Source: Bacteroidia bacterium (lineage in GTDB: Bacteria; Bacteroidota; Bacteroidia; M30B66). Taken from it: a DNA stretch of 64,000 nt. Within the stretch, counting starts at the first letter, position 1, and each line of letters opens with the position of its first letter. Made by a program: the position numbers and the translations under genes. Below, one piece after another: positions 30,207 to 39,271 of this stretch. The notes beneath the pieces were generated by a model. The model saw nothing but the letters and a program-made list of their open reading frames with translations, was not told where the DNA came from and ran no database searches. Location: NCBI GenBank assembly GCA_046302715.1, contig JBKCHQ010000254.1:20-64019 (forward strand). The letters are read 5' to 3'.

Positions 30207-33130
30207 TAGCCAAAGAGTTTGCGTGTGCTCAGTTTTTTTACTTTTCCGTATTTCGATAACTGCTTCTCTGTGATGTATTGCGAACTTCCTAAAATGGTAA
30301 TGGTATAAGGTTTTCCTGACATTACTTGCTGATGAAACTTTGTAATATCATGTAACTCTAGTTTGGGGATTTCGGAATACGCAAGACGTCTTGGGTTGGC
30401 TTTCCACCCCTGTCTGGAAATATTGAGATAATTTCGAAAGTACGCCGACGGCTGAATCCGTTCCGAATCCATAATCTCCATTAATGCGGCTTTTGAAGTT
30501 CTGAATAAACTCTCCGACTGCGGCATCGATTTTAATAATCTGTTCATGGCCACAATTGCCGAATCGGTTTTATCGGCTTGGGTACCAATAAAGGCACCAC
30601 TCGTAGCCGGAAGCCCAGCTATTGAAGGTGTTCTATAAAACGCATATGCCGAATAAGCCAAGGCCTTTGATTCGCGAATTTCCTGAAAAATTACCGATGA
30701 CATTCCGCCGCCGAAATACTCGTTAAACAAAAGCGACACCGAATAATTGGCAGTATCGTTTTTTAAAATGCTTGGATTAACCCAATTAATAGAAGCCTGT
30801 AAGGAGTTAAAATCGGTGAAAATAAGGTTGGGCTCTTTTTGTTCCTTTACTTTAAATTTTTGAGGTTTTACCATTTTTGTCTTAAGTGGTACTTTTGCAT
30901 GATATTTCTTTAGCACTGCCAAAACCTCTTCTTTTTTATCGGTTCCGTAATAACACACAGTATGTGGTGTTTTTAGTATGGATTGAATCAGATTTTTAAT
31001 TTGCTTTTCGTTGGTCCGTTTAATCACTTTTAAATTATGCGTATGCTTAAATGGATTTTTTGAACCGTAGGTCGCATATTGAATTAATGCAGCATTAACC
31101 GCATCGGCATCAGTTTTTTGATGGATTAACTCCTGCTTGATGTTTTTTTTGAGGGAAGCCAGTTTCTCCTTTTCTAATTTTACGTCTTCAAGCCAGAGAT
31201 TAATGGTGGATAAAGCTCTTAAAAAAGATTTACTGGGCCCCGATATGCTGAGCGTGGTGTTATATTCACCCACATCAATTTTAAACGTGCATGCCAAACT
31301 GTAAAGTTCTTTCTTAATTTTTTGTGCCGATAATTTGGTGGTACCCGATAAATCCAGCATTTTCATGGCAAGCTCGAGTTGCGGATGATGCATTTTTCCG
31401 ATATCAAAAATCAATTGACAGTTAAAGAGTTCGTTTTCTGTATTGGCCACATACCAAAAATTTACGCCCTTTTTCAAAGTATCCTTTGAAATAGATTGAT
31501 TATAATCAATAAATGCGGGTTTTAAAGATTCCTTATGAAAATCATAAACCGCTTTTGCAAAGCGCGAGCTACTTTCGCGGTTAACGGGAACAGGATTTAT
31601 CTCGGGTTTTTCTATTTGGGCTGTAGGTTTACTTGCTTTCTGATTCTTTAATACCGCTACATAATTACCCTTCAATTGCGAACGCAGATATTTTACAAGA
31701 TCGCTTTTCTCAAGTTTGTTTAATCGAGCAATTTCAGAAACCTTAACCTTTAAAGGTATTTCCAAAGTAAAACTTTCAACAAGTGTTTGTGTTCGTGAAA
31801 CATTACTTTCTAATTGTTTGATTAGGCGTGTATTTAAATTGAGCTTAGCCGCATTAAAAAGGTTTTCGGTGAATTTTCCCCGCATCAGCGAATCCATTTG
31901 AGCAGCTAGGAGATTCTTTAATTCTTCAAGATTTTGCTGTTCCGAAGGATAGGCCGATAAAAACAAAACCGAATAATCATGCATCTTCATGATAAAAGCC
32001 GATGCCTCGGTGGCAAGTTGCTTTTGAAGAATGTTTTCGTCAATTAATCCACACGCTGAGTTGGATAATAACTCCTCCATCACATCGTAAATAGCGCCAT
32101 TACTTGAATCCACTGCCGGAAGCCGATACGATACCATCACAAAGGGTTGTTCGGTTCCATCTATTAAAATGGTTTCGGAAGATCCCCCTGCTTTTATTTT
32201 ATCAAACTTAATTTGAGGTATATCTTTAGATGTAAAGTTTCCAAAATACCGGTCAATCATAGCTATGGCTTCATCGGGATCAAAGCTCCCCGACATACAT
32301 AATGCCATATTATTTGGAACATAATACGTATCATAATACTTACGTATGGCCGAGAGAGATGGATTTTTAAGATGTTCAGCTTTTCCTATGGTAGTTTGAT
32401 AGCCATAACTGTGATTAATGAACTGCCGTGCCATTAACGTATCAAAAGCTTTATCACCATCCGAATCAAGCGACATATTTTTTTCTTCATATACGGCTTC
32501 CAATTCGGTATGAAATAAACGAAATACTGGGTTTCTAAATCGCTCTGCCTCTATCATTAACCAGGCTTCGAGGTTATTAGAGGGAATGTCGTTTATATAA
32601 ACCGTTTCATCAAATGAAGTATAGGCATTATTGGATCGAGAGCCAATAAACTGAACCATTTTATCGTACTCATTTGGAATGGCATACTTTGCAGCAATTT
32701 GCGAAACAGAGTCAATGGACCTGTAAATTACTTTCCGAGCCTCCTTTGAAGTGGTTAGAGCATACTTTTCATAAAGCGCACTTATTTCGTCCAAATATTT
32801 TTGTTCCTCTGAATAATTGGTACAGCCGTATTTATCCGTTCCCTTAAAAAGCATATGCTCGAGATAATGAGCAAGTCCTGTATTGTTTTTAGGGTCGTGC
32901 TTACTTCCTGCTTTAATTGCAATTGCGGTATTAATGCGTGGAGCATTTTTATTGGTCGTAAGCAAAACCGTAAAGCCATTTTTTAGAATGTACTTTCGTG
33001 TTTTTAATGGGTCGCCGATCACCTCTTCATAAGTATACCCATTGGAAGATTTTTGAATAATGTTGCTTTCGTTCTGTGAAAACGAAAAAATATAATTCAG
33101 TAAAAAAAAACTAAGGTAAAAAGCGCGCAT
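30203..33130 (-). CDS. M16-family (pitrilysin/insulinase-like) zinc peptidase, tandem-module
   Basis: 975 aa. Signal peptide. Inverted zinc motif HxxEH (HYLEHMLFKGT) and a long duplicated inactive half, typical of secreted M16 peptidases. Confidence 0.85.
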   Translation of the reverse strand: MRAFYLSFFLLNYIFSFSQNESNIIQKSSNGYTYEEVIGDPLKTRKYILKNGFTVLLTTNKNAPRINTAIAIKAGSKHDPKNNTGLAHYLEHMLFKGTDKYGCTNYSEEQKYLDEISALYEKYALTTSKEARKVIYRSIDSVSQIAAKYAIPNEYDKMVQFIGSRSNNAYTSFDETVYINDIPSNNLEAWLMIEAERFRNPVFRLFHTELEAVYEEKNMSLDSDGDKAFDTLMARQFINHSYGYQTTIGKAEHLKNPSLSAIRKYYDTYYVPNNMALCMSGSFDPDEAIAMIDRYFGNFTSKDIPQIKFDKIKAGGSSETILIDGTEQPFVMVSYRLPAVDSSNGAIYDVMEELLSNSACGLIDENILQKQLATEASAFIMKMHDYSVLFLSAYPSEQQNLEELKNLLAAQMDSLMRGKFTENLFNAAKLNLNTRLIKQLESNVSRTQTLVESFTLEIPLKVKVSEIARLNKLEKSDLVKYLRSQLKGNYVAVLKNQKASKPTAQIEKPEINPVPVNRESSSRFAKAVYDFHKESLKPAFIDYNQSISKDTLKKGVNFWYVANTENELFNCQLIFDIGKMHHPQLELAMKMLDLSGTTKLSAQKIKKELYSLACTFKIDVGEYNTTLSISGPSKSFLRALSTINLWLEDVKLEKEKLASLKKNIKQELIHQKTDADAVNAALIQYATYGSKNPFKHTHNLKVIKRTNEKQIKNLIQSILKTPHTVCYYGTDKKEEVLAVLKKYHAKVPLKTKMVKPQKFKVKEQKEPNLIFTDFNSLQASINWVNPSILKNDTANYSVSLLFNEYFGGGMSSVIFQEIRESKALAYSAYAFYRTPSIAGLPATSGAFIGTQADKTDSAIVAMNRLLKSMPQSESLFRTSKAALMEIMDSERIQPSAYFRNYLNISRQGWKANPRRLAYSEIPKLELHDITKFHQQVMSGKPYTITILGSSQYITEKQLSKYGKVKKLSTRKLFGY

Positions 33131-33141
33131 GATTCAATTTG

Positions 33142-34113
33142 TTATAAACTGACTGAGAGTTCGAGCATTCTTCGTATGGATTGTTCCGCAGGAATTCTTA
33201 TAGTTTCGGGAACATCTATGGCCGGCGTTTCATTTTTTAAACAAAGGTAGAGTTTCTCTAGAGTGTTTTTCTTCATGTACGGACAATCGTTACATGCACA
33301 ATTGCCTATTGGCGGAGCCGGAATAAACGTTTTCTGTGGTGACGCTTTTATCATTTGATAAAGTATGCCCGACTCGGTGGCTACAATGTATTTATTTGTG
33401 TTTCCCTTTTTGGTGTACGATAGTAATGCGCTTGTAGAACCTATAAAGTGGGCCATCTTAAGAACCGGCTCTTCACATTCGGGATGTGCAATAAGTTCAG
33501 CATCGGGATGTGCTAACAAAAGATCTTCTATTTTTTTTTGCGAAAAAAGTTCGTGTACCATACAAGCACCGTCCCAAAGTAACATATCGCGACCGCTCAT
33601 TTTCATTACATACCGACCCAGGTTTTTATCGGGCGCAAAAATTATCTTTTGATCTTTCGGTAAGCTATTAACTATATGTACAGCATTGGATGAAGTACAA
33701 ATAATATCGGAATACGCTTTAACTGCTGCCGAACAATTTATGTAAGTTACCGCCACATGATCGGGATGCTTGAGGCGAAATTCTTTAAATGCTTCTGGTG
33801 GACAATCATCGGATAACGAGCAACCTGCTTCAAGATCGGGGATAAGTACTTTTTTATCGGGGCATAAAATTTTTGCAGTTTCGGCCATGAAATGCACTCC
33901 GGCAAACACAATAATTGAAGCATTTGTATTTGCGGCCTGTTGAGATAGGGCCAAACTATCCCCAATAAAATCTGCAACATCCTGAATATCTGAATTCTGA
34001 TAATAATGCGCCAGGATAACAGCGTTTTTTTCCTCCTTAAGATGCTTAATTTCTTGGTTCAAATCAAGATTATACCCCAATACATTTGAGGGTTGTTCAC
34101 TGCCGTAAAACAT
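33142..34113 (-). CDS. nadA: Quinolinate synthase A
   Basis: 323 aa. Conserved NadA Cys ligand regions (…[19 protein letters not shown]…). First gene of the minus-strand operon nadA-M16-MORN-NlpC/P60. Confidence 0.9.
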   Translation of the reverse strand: MFYGSEQPSNVLGYNLDLNQEIKHLKEEKNAVILAHYYQNSDIQDVADFIGDSLALSQQAANTNASIIVFAGVHFMAETAKILCPDKKVLIPDLEAGCSLSDDCPPEAFKEFRLKHPDHVAVTYINCSAAVKAYSDIICTSSNAVHIVNSLPKDQKIIFAPDKNLGRYVMKMSGRDMLLWDGACMVHELFSQKKIEDLLLAHPDAELIAHPECEEPVLKMAHFIGSTSALLSYTKKGNTNKYIVATESGILYQMIKASPQKTFIPAPPIGNCACNDCPYMKKNTLEKLYLCLKNETPAIDVPETIRIPAEQSIRRMLELSVSL

Positions 34114-34568
34114 AAATACAAAGTTATTTTAAAAAGAAAAAGAATAGGTATTTAATTATGCTGTTAGTTCTGTTCAAAAAACAGAGCGTAATATTTTGAC
34201 TTATGTTAAAGTATTAGTTTACCAACATATTTTACACAAACATTTTTGATGTATGCTATACACTATCAAATTAATATATAATTATTCACACCATGTGGAT
34301 ACCGATTTGTATTAGCTTTTTTCATTGCTATCAAAAGACCAAATCGTTAACTATTTGTTTTTAAAATCTGCATACTGAAGTAAAAATAGTGCTTGCGTGG
34401 CATGTAAATAATCATCATTAAAAGTTTCGGCCAAAGAACAAAGTTTATTTGTAAGACGTTTTGAACGTTTATACACATATGATACACGGTATTTTGTTAA
34501 TTTGTTTTAAAAATTAAACATACAAGGCAGAAAGAGCGTAAATTTAGAGCCTTATATATATAGTTTAA

Positions 34569-35009
34569 ATGATACGCATCAGTATTGCATCAGATCATGC
34601 AGGTTTTGAATTGAAGAGCTTTATTAAGAATACCTTTAATTTGGAGGGATGTTCATTGGAGTTTGATTTTGGTTGCATCAGTAATGAGAGCATGGATTAT
34701 CCCGATGTAGTGCATCCTTTGGTTAAGTCAATTACTAGTGGAGCTGCCGATATGGGTATTCTAATTTGTGGTAGTGCCAATGGTGTTGCTATTACAGCCA
34801 ATAAATATGCAGCCATTCGTGCGGCTCTATGCTGGAACGAAGAAATTGCCCGACTAGCACGTGCCCATAATAATGCCAACATTTTATGCCTGCCAGCACG
34901 CTTTATTGAAAAAGATGAAGCAATTAAGATAATTAAGGCGTTTTTTAGTACGAATTTTGAGGGGGGAAGGCATCAAAATCGCGTCGATAAAATAAACTGT
35001 ATCGTGTAA
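34569..35009 (+). CDS. rpiB: Ribose-5-phosphate isomerase B
   Basis: 146 aa. MIRISIASDHAGFELK…ILICGSANGVAITANKYAAIRAALCWNEE…NANILCLPARF… matches the RpiB/LacAB family throughout. Confidence 0.85.
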   Translation: MIRISIASDHAGFELKSFIKNTFNLEGCSLEFDFGCISNESMDYPDVVHPLVKSITSGAADMGILICGSANGVAITANKYAAIRAALCWNEEIARLARAHNNANILCLPARFIEKDEAIKIIKAFFSTNFEGGRHQNRVDKINCIV

Positions 35010-35037
35010 GCGATTTAACAAGATAGGATTACCGTTT

Positions 35038-38000
35038 ATGACGAACAGCGAATCGTTTGATATACTGCTAGGTAAAATTGAGGTATTTATTCGTAAGTAC
35101 TATAAAAATCAGTTATTGAAGGGATTAATACTGGGGCTGGGTATAACCACGTTATTTTTCCTTTTAAGTTCATTAACCGAATATTTTGGTGAATATAATT
35201 CAGGCGTAAGGACGGTGCTTTTCTATATGAATGCTCTATTAATTCTTGGGGTATTCGTAAAATTTATAATTGTGCCTTTGGCAGGATTGCTAAAACTGGG
35301 CAAACGCATAAGCCATGAAACGGCAGCAAAAATTATCGGTAATCATTTCACCGAAGTAAAAGATAAATTGATAAATACCCTTCAACTTAAACAGAAGCTT
35401 GAAAGCGATGGCGAAAATACCGCCCTACTGTTGGCAGGTATTGATCAAAAAATTGCAGAAATAAAACCCGTTCCGTTTACTGGAGCCATCGATTTAAAGG
35501 CAAATTTAAAGCATCTGCGATACGCCGGTATTCCTGTAGCGGTAATTTTGATTTTATTGATAGCTGCGCCTGAAGTTATAACCGAGAGTTCACGGAGAAT
35601 TATTGCTTACAACCAAGCTTTTGATCCTGTGGCCCCATTTCAGTTTTCGATACAATCCAAAGAGCTGAAGGTTGCAGCTTTAGAAGATTTTATGCTCGAT
35701 GTGCAGGTGTCGGGTTCAGAACTCCCAAAAGAAGTGTACATAGAAATAGAGGGCACCCGTTTTTTATGTAGTCCGCAGGGTAAAAGAAATTTCAATTATC
35801 AGTTTAAAAATGTAAAGCAGAATATTCCTTTTCGATTGTATGCCGATGGTTTTTATTCAAAACCGTACGAATTGGTTAGTCTCCCAAATCCTGTTTTAGT
35901 AGGTTTTGATGTGTATCTCGATTATCCGGCCTATACCGGTATAGCCGATGAGATGATTAAAAACTCAGGTAATTTAAATATTCCGCAAGGAACTACAGTA
36001 AAGTGGGTATTTAAAACCGACGACACCCGTGAACTGGCCATTAATTTTGATCACGGCCTCGAAAAACTTAATCTGGCTGGCGATGGAAGTGGAGTTTATA
36101 CCCGCCAATTTTTAAATGGTGAGCAGTATTCGATTAAAACTTCGAACGAATTTCTGCAAGGTAAAAACCAGATGCAATATACTGTTACGGTAAAAGCGGA
36201 TGAATACCCCGCCATTTCGGTTGAAGAAGAGAAGGATTCGCTATTGGGCAATCAATTTTTATTTAAAGGAAAAGTTGAAGACGATTATGGTATAAGTGCG
36301 TTGAAATTTATGATTAAAAAGCCTGGCGATGCTAAACCTATTGGATCATCAGTTCCTGTCAATCAGAATTTTGCCAGCTCATTCTTTTTTTGGCAAGCCG
36401 ATTTTAGCGGTTATGATTTACAACCGGGTGAAGAAATTGAATATTGGTTTGAGGTATGGGATAACGATGCAGTGAACGGCAGCAAATCATCACGTACGCA
36501 GAAACGAGTTTATAGAAATCCTTCAGAAGAAGAGTTAAAGCAAATGCGTGATGCACAAACTAATTCTATAAAAACCGATTTAACCGAAACCATTAAAGAT
36601 GCCAAAAAGCTCCAAAAGGAGCTGGACGAGTTAAACAGAAAGCTACTCGAGAAAAAAGAAATGAATTGGCAGGATAAGAACAAAGCCAAGGAATTACTGG
36701 ATAAGCAAAAACAGCTGGAAGAAGAAATTAAGAATATACAGCAGGAAATGAAGCAGAACAACGATGTGTTCTCTAAAGATAAGGATGAGCAAATACTTGA
36801 AAAACAGCGGCAAATTGAAGAATTGCTGGATCAGGTATTAAGTGAGGAAATGAAAGAGAAACTCAAGCAGCTCGAAGAGATGATGAAAAATCTCGACAAA
36901 AATCAACTTCGTGAGGAAATGCAGAAATTAAAGCAAGACAACAAGGATGTTGAAAAAGAGCTAGATAGAACCTTGGAGCTATTTAAACAGATGGAGTTGG
37001 AGCAGAAAATGAAGGATGCGATAGATAAGCTTGATGACTTGCAGAAAAAACAGGATGAGCTTTCCGATAAGAGCCTTAATAAAAATGAGAGTCAGGATAA
37101 TTTAAAAAAGCAGCAGGATAGTTTAAACAAGGCTTTTGATGCATTGCAGAAAGATCTGGACGATATAGAAAAGAAAAATCAGGAGCTTGAGGAGCCCCTT
37201 GATATGGAAAAAACCGATCAAAAAGAGCAGGAAATTGAGCAGGAAATGAAGAATAGCTCAGATCAACTGCAAAAGAAAAACGGAGGTAAAGCATCAAAGT
37301 CGCAAAAAAGCGCAAGCCAGAAGATGCAAGAAATGAAGGAGCAGATGGAACAGCAGATGCAGCAAAATGAATCTGAAAGTTTGGAAGAAGATGTTTCGAA
37401 AATTAGAGAGATCCTCGAAAATCTGGTTCAGCTTTCCTTTGATCAGGAGCGTTTGATGAAACAGCTCAGTAAAACATCACCAACCAATCCTTTATACGTT
37501 AAAATTACCGCTGAGCAAAAGCGATTGAAAGATGTAGCCTATGCGATAGAAGATTCGCTATTTGCATTAAGTAAGCGCGTTGAAGAAATACAGGCCATTG
37601 TAAACCGGGAAATAGGAAAGGTAAACAGCGAATTAGACCGAACCATTGAGTTTTTGGCAGAACGTCAAACCGCACAAGCAAACGGTCGGCAGCAAATGGC
37701 TATGACATCAATAAATAATCTTGCGCTTTTGCTATCAGAAGTTTCGGATCAAATGCAGCAACAACTGGCGCAGCAGCAACAACAACAAAAGCAAGGTAAT
37801 GGATCGTGCAAGAAGCCAGGAAATAATAAGAAACCTGGATCTGGCAAGCCCTCAATTGGAGCTATGCGGCAAATGCAACAGCAATTAAATGAACAACTCG
37901 AAAAAATGAAGTCTGAAATGGGTAAGCCCGGTAAAGGAAAAGACGGAAAATCGGGAAGCGAACAATTGGCAAAAATGGCAGCACAGCAGGAAATGTTGCG

Positions 38001-38379
38001 CAATCAGCTTCAAAAAATTATGAATGAATTGCTCCGTGAGGGGGATGGTGGAAATACGGGGAACCTTAAAAACATCATGAATAAAATGGAGCAAACAGAA
38101 ACCGATATTGTAAATAAAAATATTACGCAGGAAACCCTAAAGCGTCAACAGGAAATAATGACACGTCTGCTCGAAGCTGAAAATGCTGAAAGGGAGCGTG
38201 ACCAAGATGATAAACGCGAAAGCAACGAAAATAAATTTGATTTCAAACGCAACCAAAAAGAGTTTGAGCAGTATATGAAGCAGATAAATGCAGAAACAGA
38301 ATCGCTAAAAACAATTTCACCGCAAATGAAACCTTACTATAAGAATCTCGTAAAGGAGTACTTTGAAAATCAAAATTAA
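35038..38379 (+). CDS. Large membrane-anchored protein: N-terminal 3-4 TM helices, about 300-aa beta-rich domain, about 550-aa K/E/Q-rich coiled-coil with poly-Q and Gly/Lys-rich low-complexity segment (possibly DUF4175-like; unverified)
   Basis: 1113-aa ORF with sustained coding frame. TM segments (LILGLGITTLFFLLSSL; VLFYMNALLILGVFVKFIIVPLAGLL; IPVAVILILLIAAPEV). Heptad-like EELLKQ/KELD repeats from about residue 490 to 1040. QQQLAQQQQQQKQ and KKPGNNKKPGSGKP tracts. The antisense ORFs called on the opposite strand here are low-complexity artefacts. Confidence 0.75.
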   Translation: MTNSESFDILLGKIEVFIRKYYKNQLLKGLILGLGITTLFFLLSSLTEYFGEYNSGVRTVLFYMNALLILGVFVKFIIVPLAGLLKLGKRISHETAAKIIGNHFTEVKDKLINTLQLKQKLESDGENTALLLAGIDQKIAEIKPVPFTGAIDLKANLKHLRYAGIPVAVILILLIAAPEVITESSRRIIAYNQAFDPVAPFQFSIQSKELKVAALEDFMLDVQVSGSELPKEVYIEIEGTRFLCSPQGKRNFNYQFKNVKQNIPFRLYADGFYSKPYELVSLPNPVLVGFDVYLDYPAYTGIADEMIKNSGNLNIPQGTTVKWVFKTDDTRELAINFDHGLEKLNLAGDGSGVYTRQFLNGEQYSIKTSNEFLQGKNQMQYTVTVKADEYPAISVEEEKDSLLGNQFLFKGKVEDDYGISALKFMIKKPGDAKPIGSSVPVNQNFASSFFFWQADFSGYDLQPGEEIEYWFEVWDNDAVNGSKSSRTQKRVYRNPSEEELKQMRDAQTNSIKTDLTETIKDAKKLQKELDELNRKLLEKKEMNWQDKNKAKELLDKQKQLEEEIKNIQQEMKQNNDVFSKDKDEQILEKQRQIEELLDQVLSEEMKEKLKQLEEMMKNLDKNQLREEMQKLKQDNKDVEKELDRTLELFKQMELEQKMKDAIDKLDDLQKKQDELSDKSLNKNESQDNLKKQQDSLNKAFDALQKDLDDIEKKNQELEEPLDMEKTDQKEQEIEQEMKNSSDQLQKKNGGKASKSQKSASQKMQEMKEQMEQQMQQNESESLEEDVSKIREILENLVQLSFDQERLMKQLSKTSPTNPLYVKITAEQKRLKDVAYAIEDSLFALSKRVEEIQAIVNREIGKVNSELDRTIEFLAERQTAQANGRQQMAMTSINNLALLLSEVSDQMQQQLAQQQQQQKQGNGSCKKPGNNKKPGSGKPSIGAMRQMQQQLNEQLEKMKSEMGKPGKGKDGKSGSEQLAKMAAQQEMLRNQLQKIMNELLREGDGGNTGNLKNIMNKMEQTETDIVNKNITQETLKRQQEIMTRLLEAENAERERDQDDKRESNENKFDFKRNQKEFEQYMKQINAETESLKTISPQMKPYYKNLVKEYFENQN

Positions 38380-38393
38380 TTACTTTCACCATC

Positions 38394-38810
38394 ATGATGA
38401 TAACACAGACCAAACAAGTAACCCTTCCCTCGTTGAAAGAAAATATTGCTGTAGTGGGCAAGTATATTGACGAAATTTGTGAGTTTTATAATATAGGAGA
38501 CGAGAATTACGGCAATATTTTAGTAGCAGTAACAGAAGCTGTTTCCAATGCTATTTATCACGGCAATCGCCTAAATCCAGAAAAGCACGTGCGTTTCTTT
38601 TATGAGAACAAGGAAAACAATTTGTGCTTCATTATAGAAGATGAGGGAAGAGGATATAATCCAGAAGCCTTACCCGATCCTACCGATCCTCAAAACATTG
38701 AAAATCCGAATGGCAGAGGCGTTTTTCTTATGCGAAAATTGTCAGACGACATTAAATTTGAGAACGAAGGGCGCAGGGTGGAACTATATTTTAGGATAGC
38801 CAATCAATAG
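38394..38810 (+). CDS. Histidine-kinase-like ATPase of the RsbW/SpoIIAB anti-sigma-factor family
   Basis: 138 aa. N-box-like (…EAVSNAIYHGN…) and G-box region (…DEGRGYNP…GRGVFLMRKL…). Small size and domain order are typical of anti-sigma-factor serine kinases. No adjacent STAS partner. Confidence 0.6.
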   Translation: MMITQTKQVTLPSLKENIAVVGKYIDEICEFYNIGDENYGNILVAVTEAVSNAIYHGNRLNPEKHVRFFYENKENNLCFIIEDEGRGYNPEALPDPTDPQNIENPNGRGVFLMRKLSDDIKFENEGRRVELYFRIANQ

Positions 38811-39235
38811 TGCTCCGATTTTCTAAAGAAGACGTAAAATTTCCAAGCATAAGCCGTTCACGAGTTCGTGAATGGCTTTTATGTTTGATAAAACTGCAGG
38901 AAAAAAAATCGGGGGATATTCTTATCGTGTTTTGTTCAGACGGTTTTCTGATAGAATTTAACCAAAAGTACCTGAACCATAATACGTTGACCGATATAAT
39001 CACCTTTGATTATTCAGAAAATGGGCTGATAAACGGAGAGTTGTATATTAGTACTGAGCGTGTTTATGATAATGCCAAAATCCACAAAACAACAGATACA
39101 GAAGAGTTGTTACGAGTAATGGCCCATGGTGTACTACATTTATTAGGATACAAGGATAAAAAGGCCGAAGACAAATCGAAAATGCGCAAGATGGAGGAAT
39201 ATGCTTTAGACTTATGGAATAAAATGGATGTATAG
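38810..39235 (+). CDS. ybeY: Endoribonuclease YbeY (rRNA maturation)
   Basis: 141 aa. Zinc-binding HxxxHxxGYxH motif (HGVLHLLGYKD). Start overlaps the upstream stop (ATGA). Confidence 0.9.
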   Translation: MLRFSKEDVKFPSISRSRVREWLLCLIKLQEKKSGDILIVFCSDGFLIEFNQKYLNHNTLTDIITFDYSENGLINGELYISTERVYDNAKIHKTTDTEELLRVMAHGVLHLLGYKDKKAEDKSKMRKMEEYALDLWNKMDV

Positions 39236-39250
39236 TTTTATTTTTGTGCG

Positions 39251-39270
39251 AATGTTCCACGTGAAACTTA
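39251..39270 (+). promoter_or_regulatory. Copy 1 of a repeated motif AATGTTCCACGTGAAACTTA (imperfect palindrome centred on CACGTG) ending 1 nt before the mnmG ATG
   Basis: Seen directly. Matches the copy at 41139-41158 at 18 of 20 positions. Function is unknown; it could be an operator or an RNA hairpin. Confidence 0.3.
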
Positions 39271-39271
39271 G

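Noticed and set aside
36510-38094. Several antisense ORFs (36510..36761, 37076..37315, 37749..38003, 37885..38094) with Ser/Cys/Phe-rich translations inside the giant coiled-coil gene
   Set aside because: They are reverse-complement artefacts of the repetitive GAA/AAG/CAG-rich coding sequence of the K/E/Q-rich region. Their low-complexity composition is implausible for real proteins.
38856-38875. Inverted repeat GTTCACGAGTTCGTGAAT inside the ybeY coding region, sharing the TTCACG half-site with the mnmG-associated motif
   Set aside because: The spacing differs from the 20-bp motif (arms separated by 2 extra nt, no CACGTG core) and it is within coding sequence. Short TTCACGAG-like strings also occur by chance at about 16392 and about 57411.
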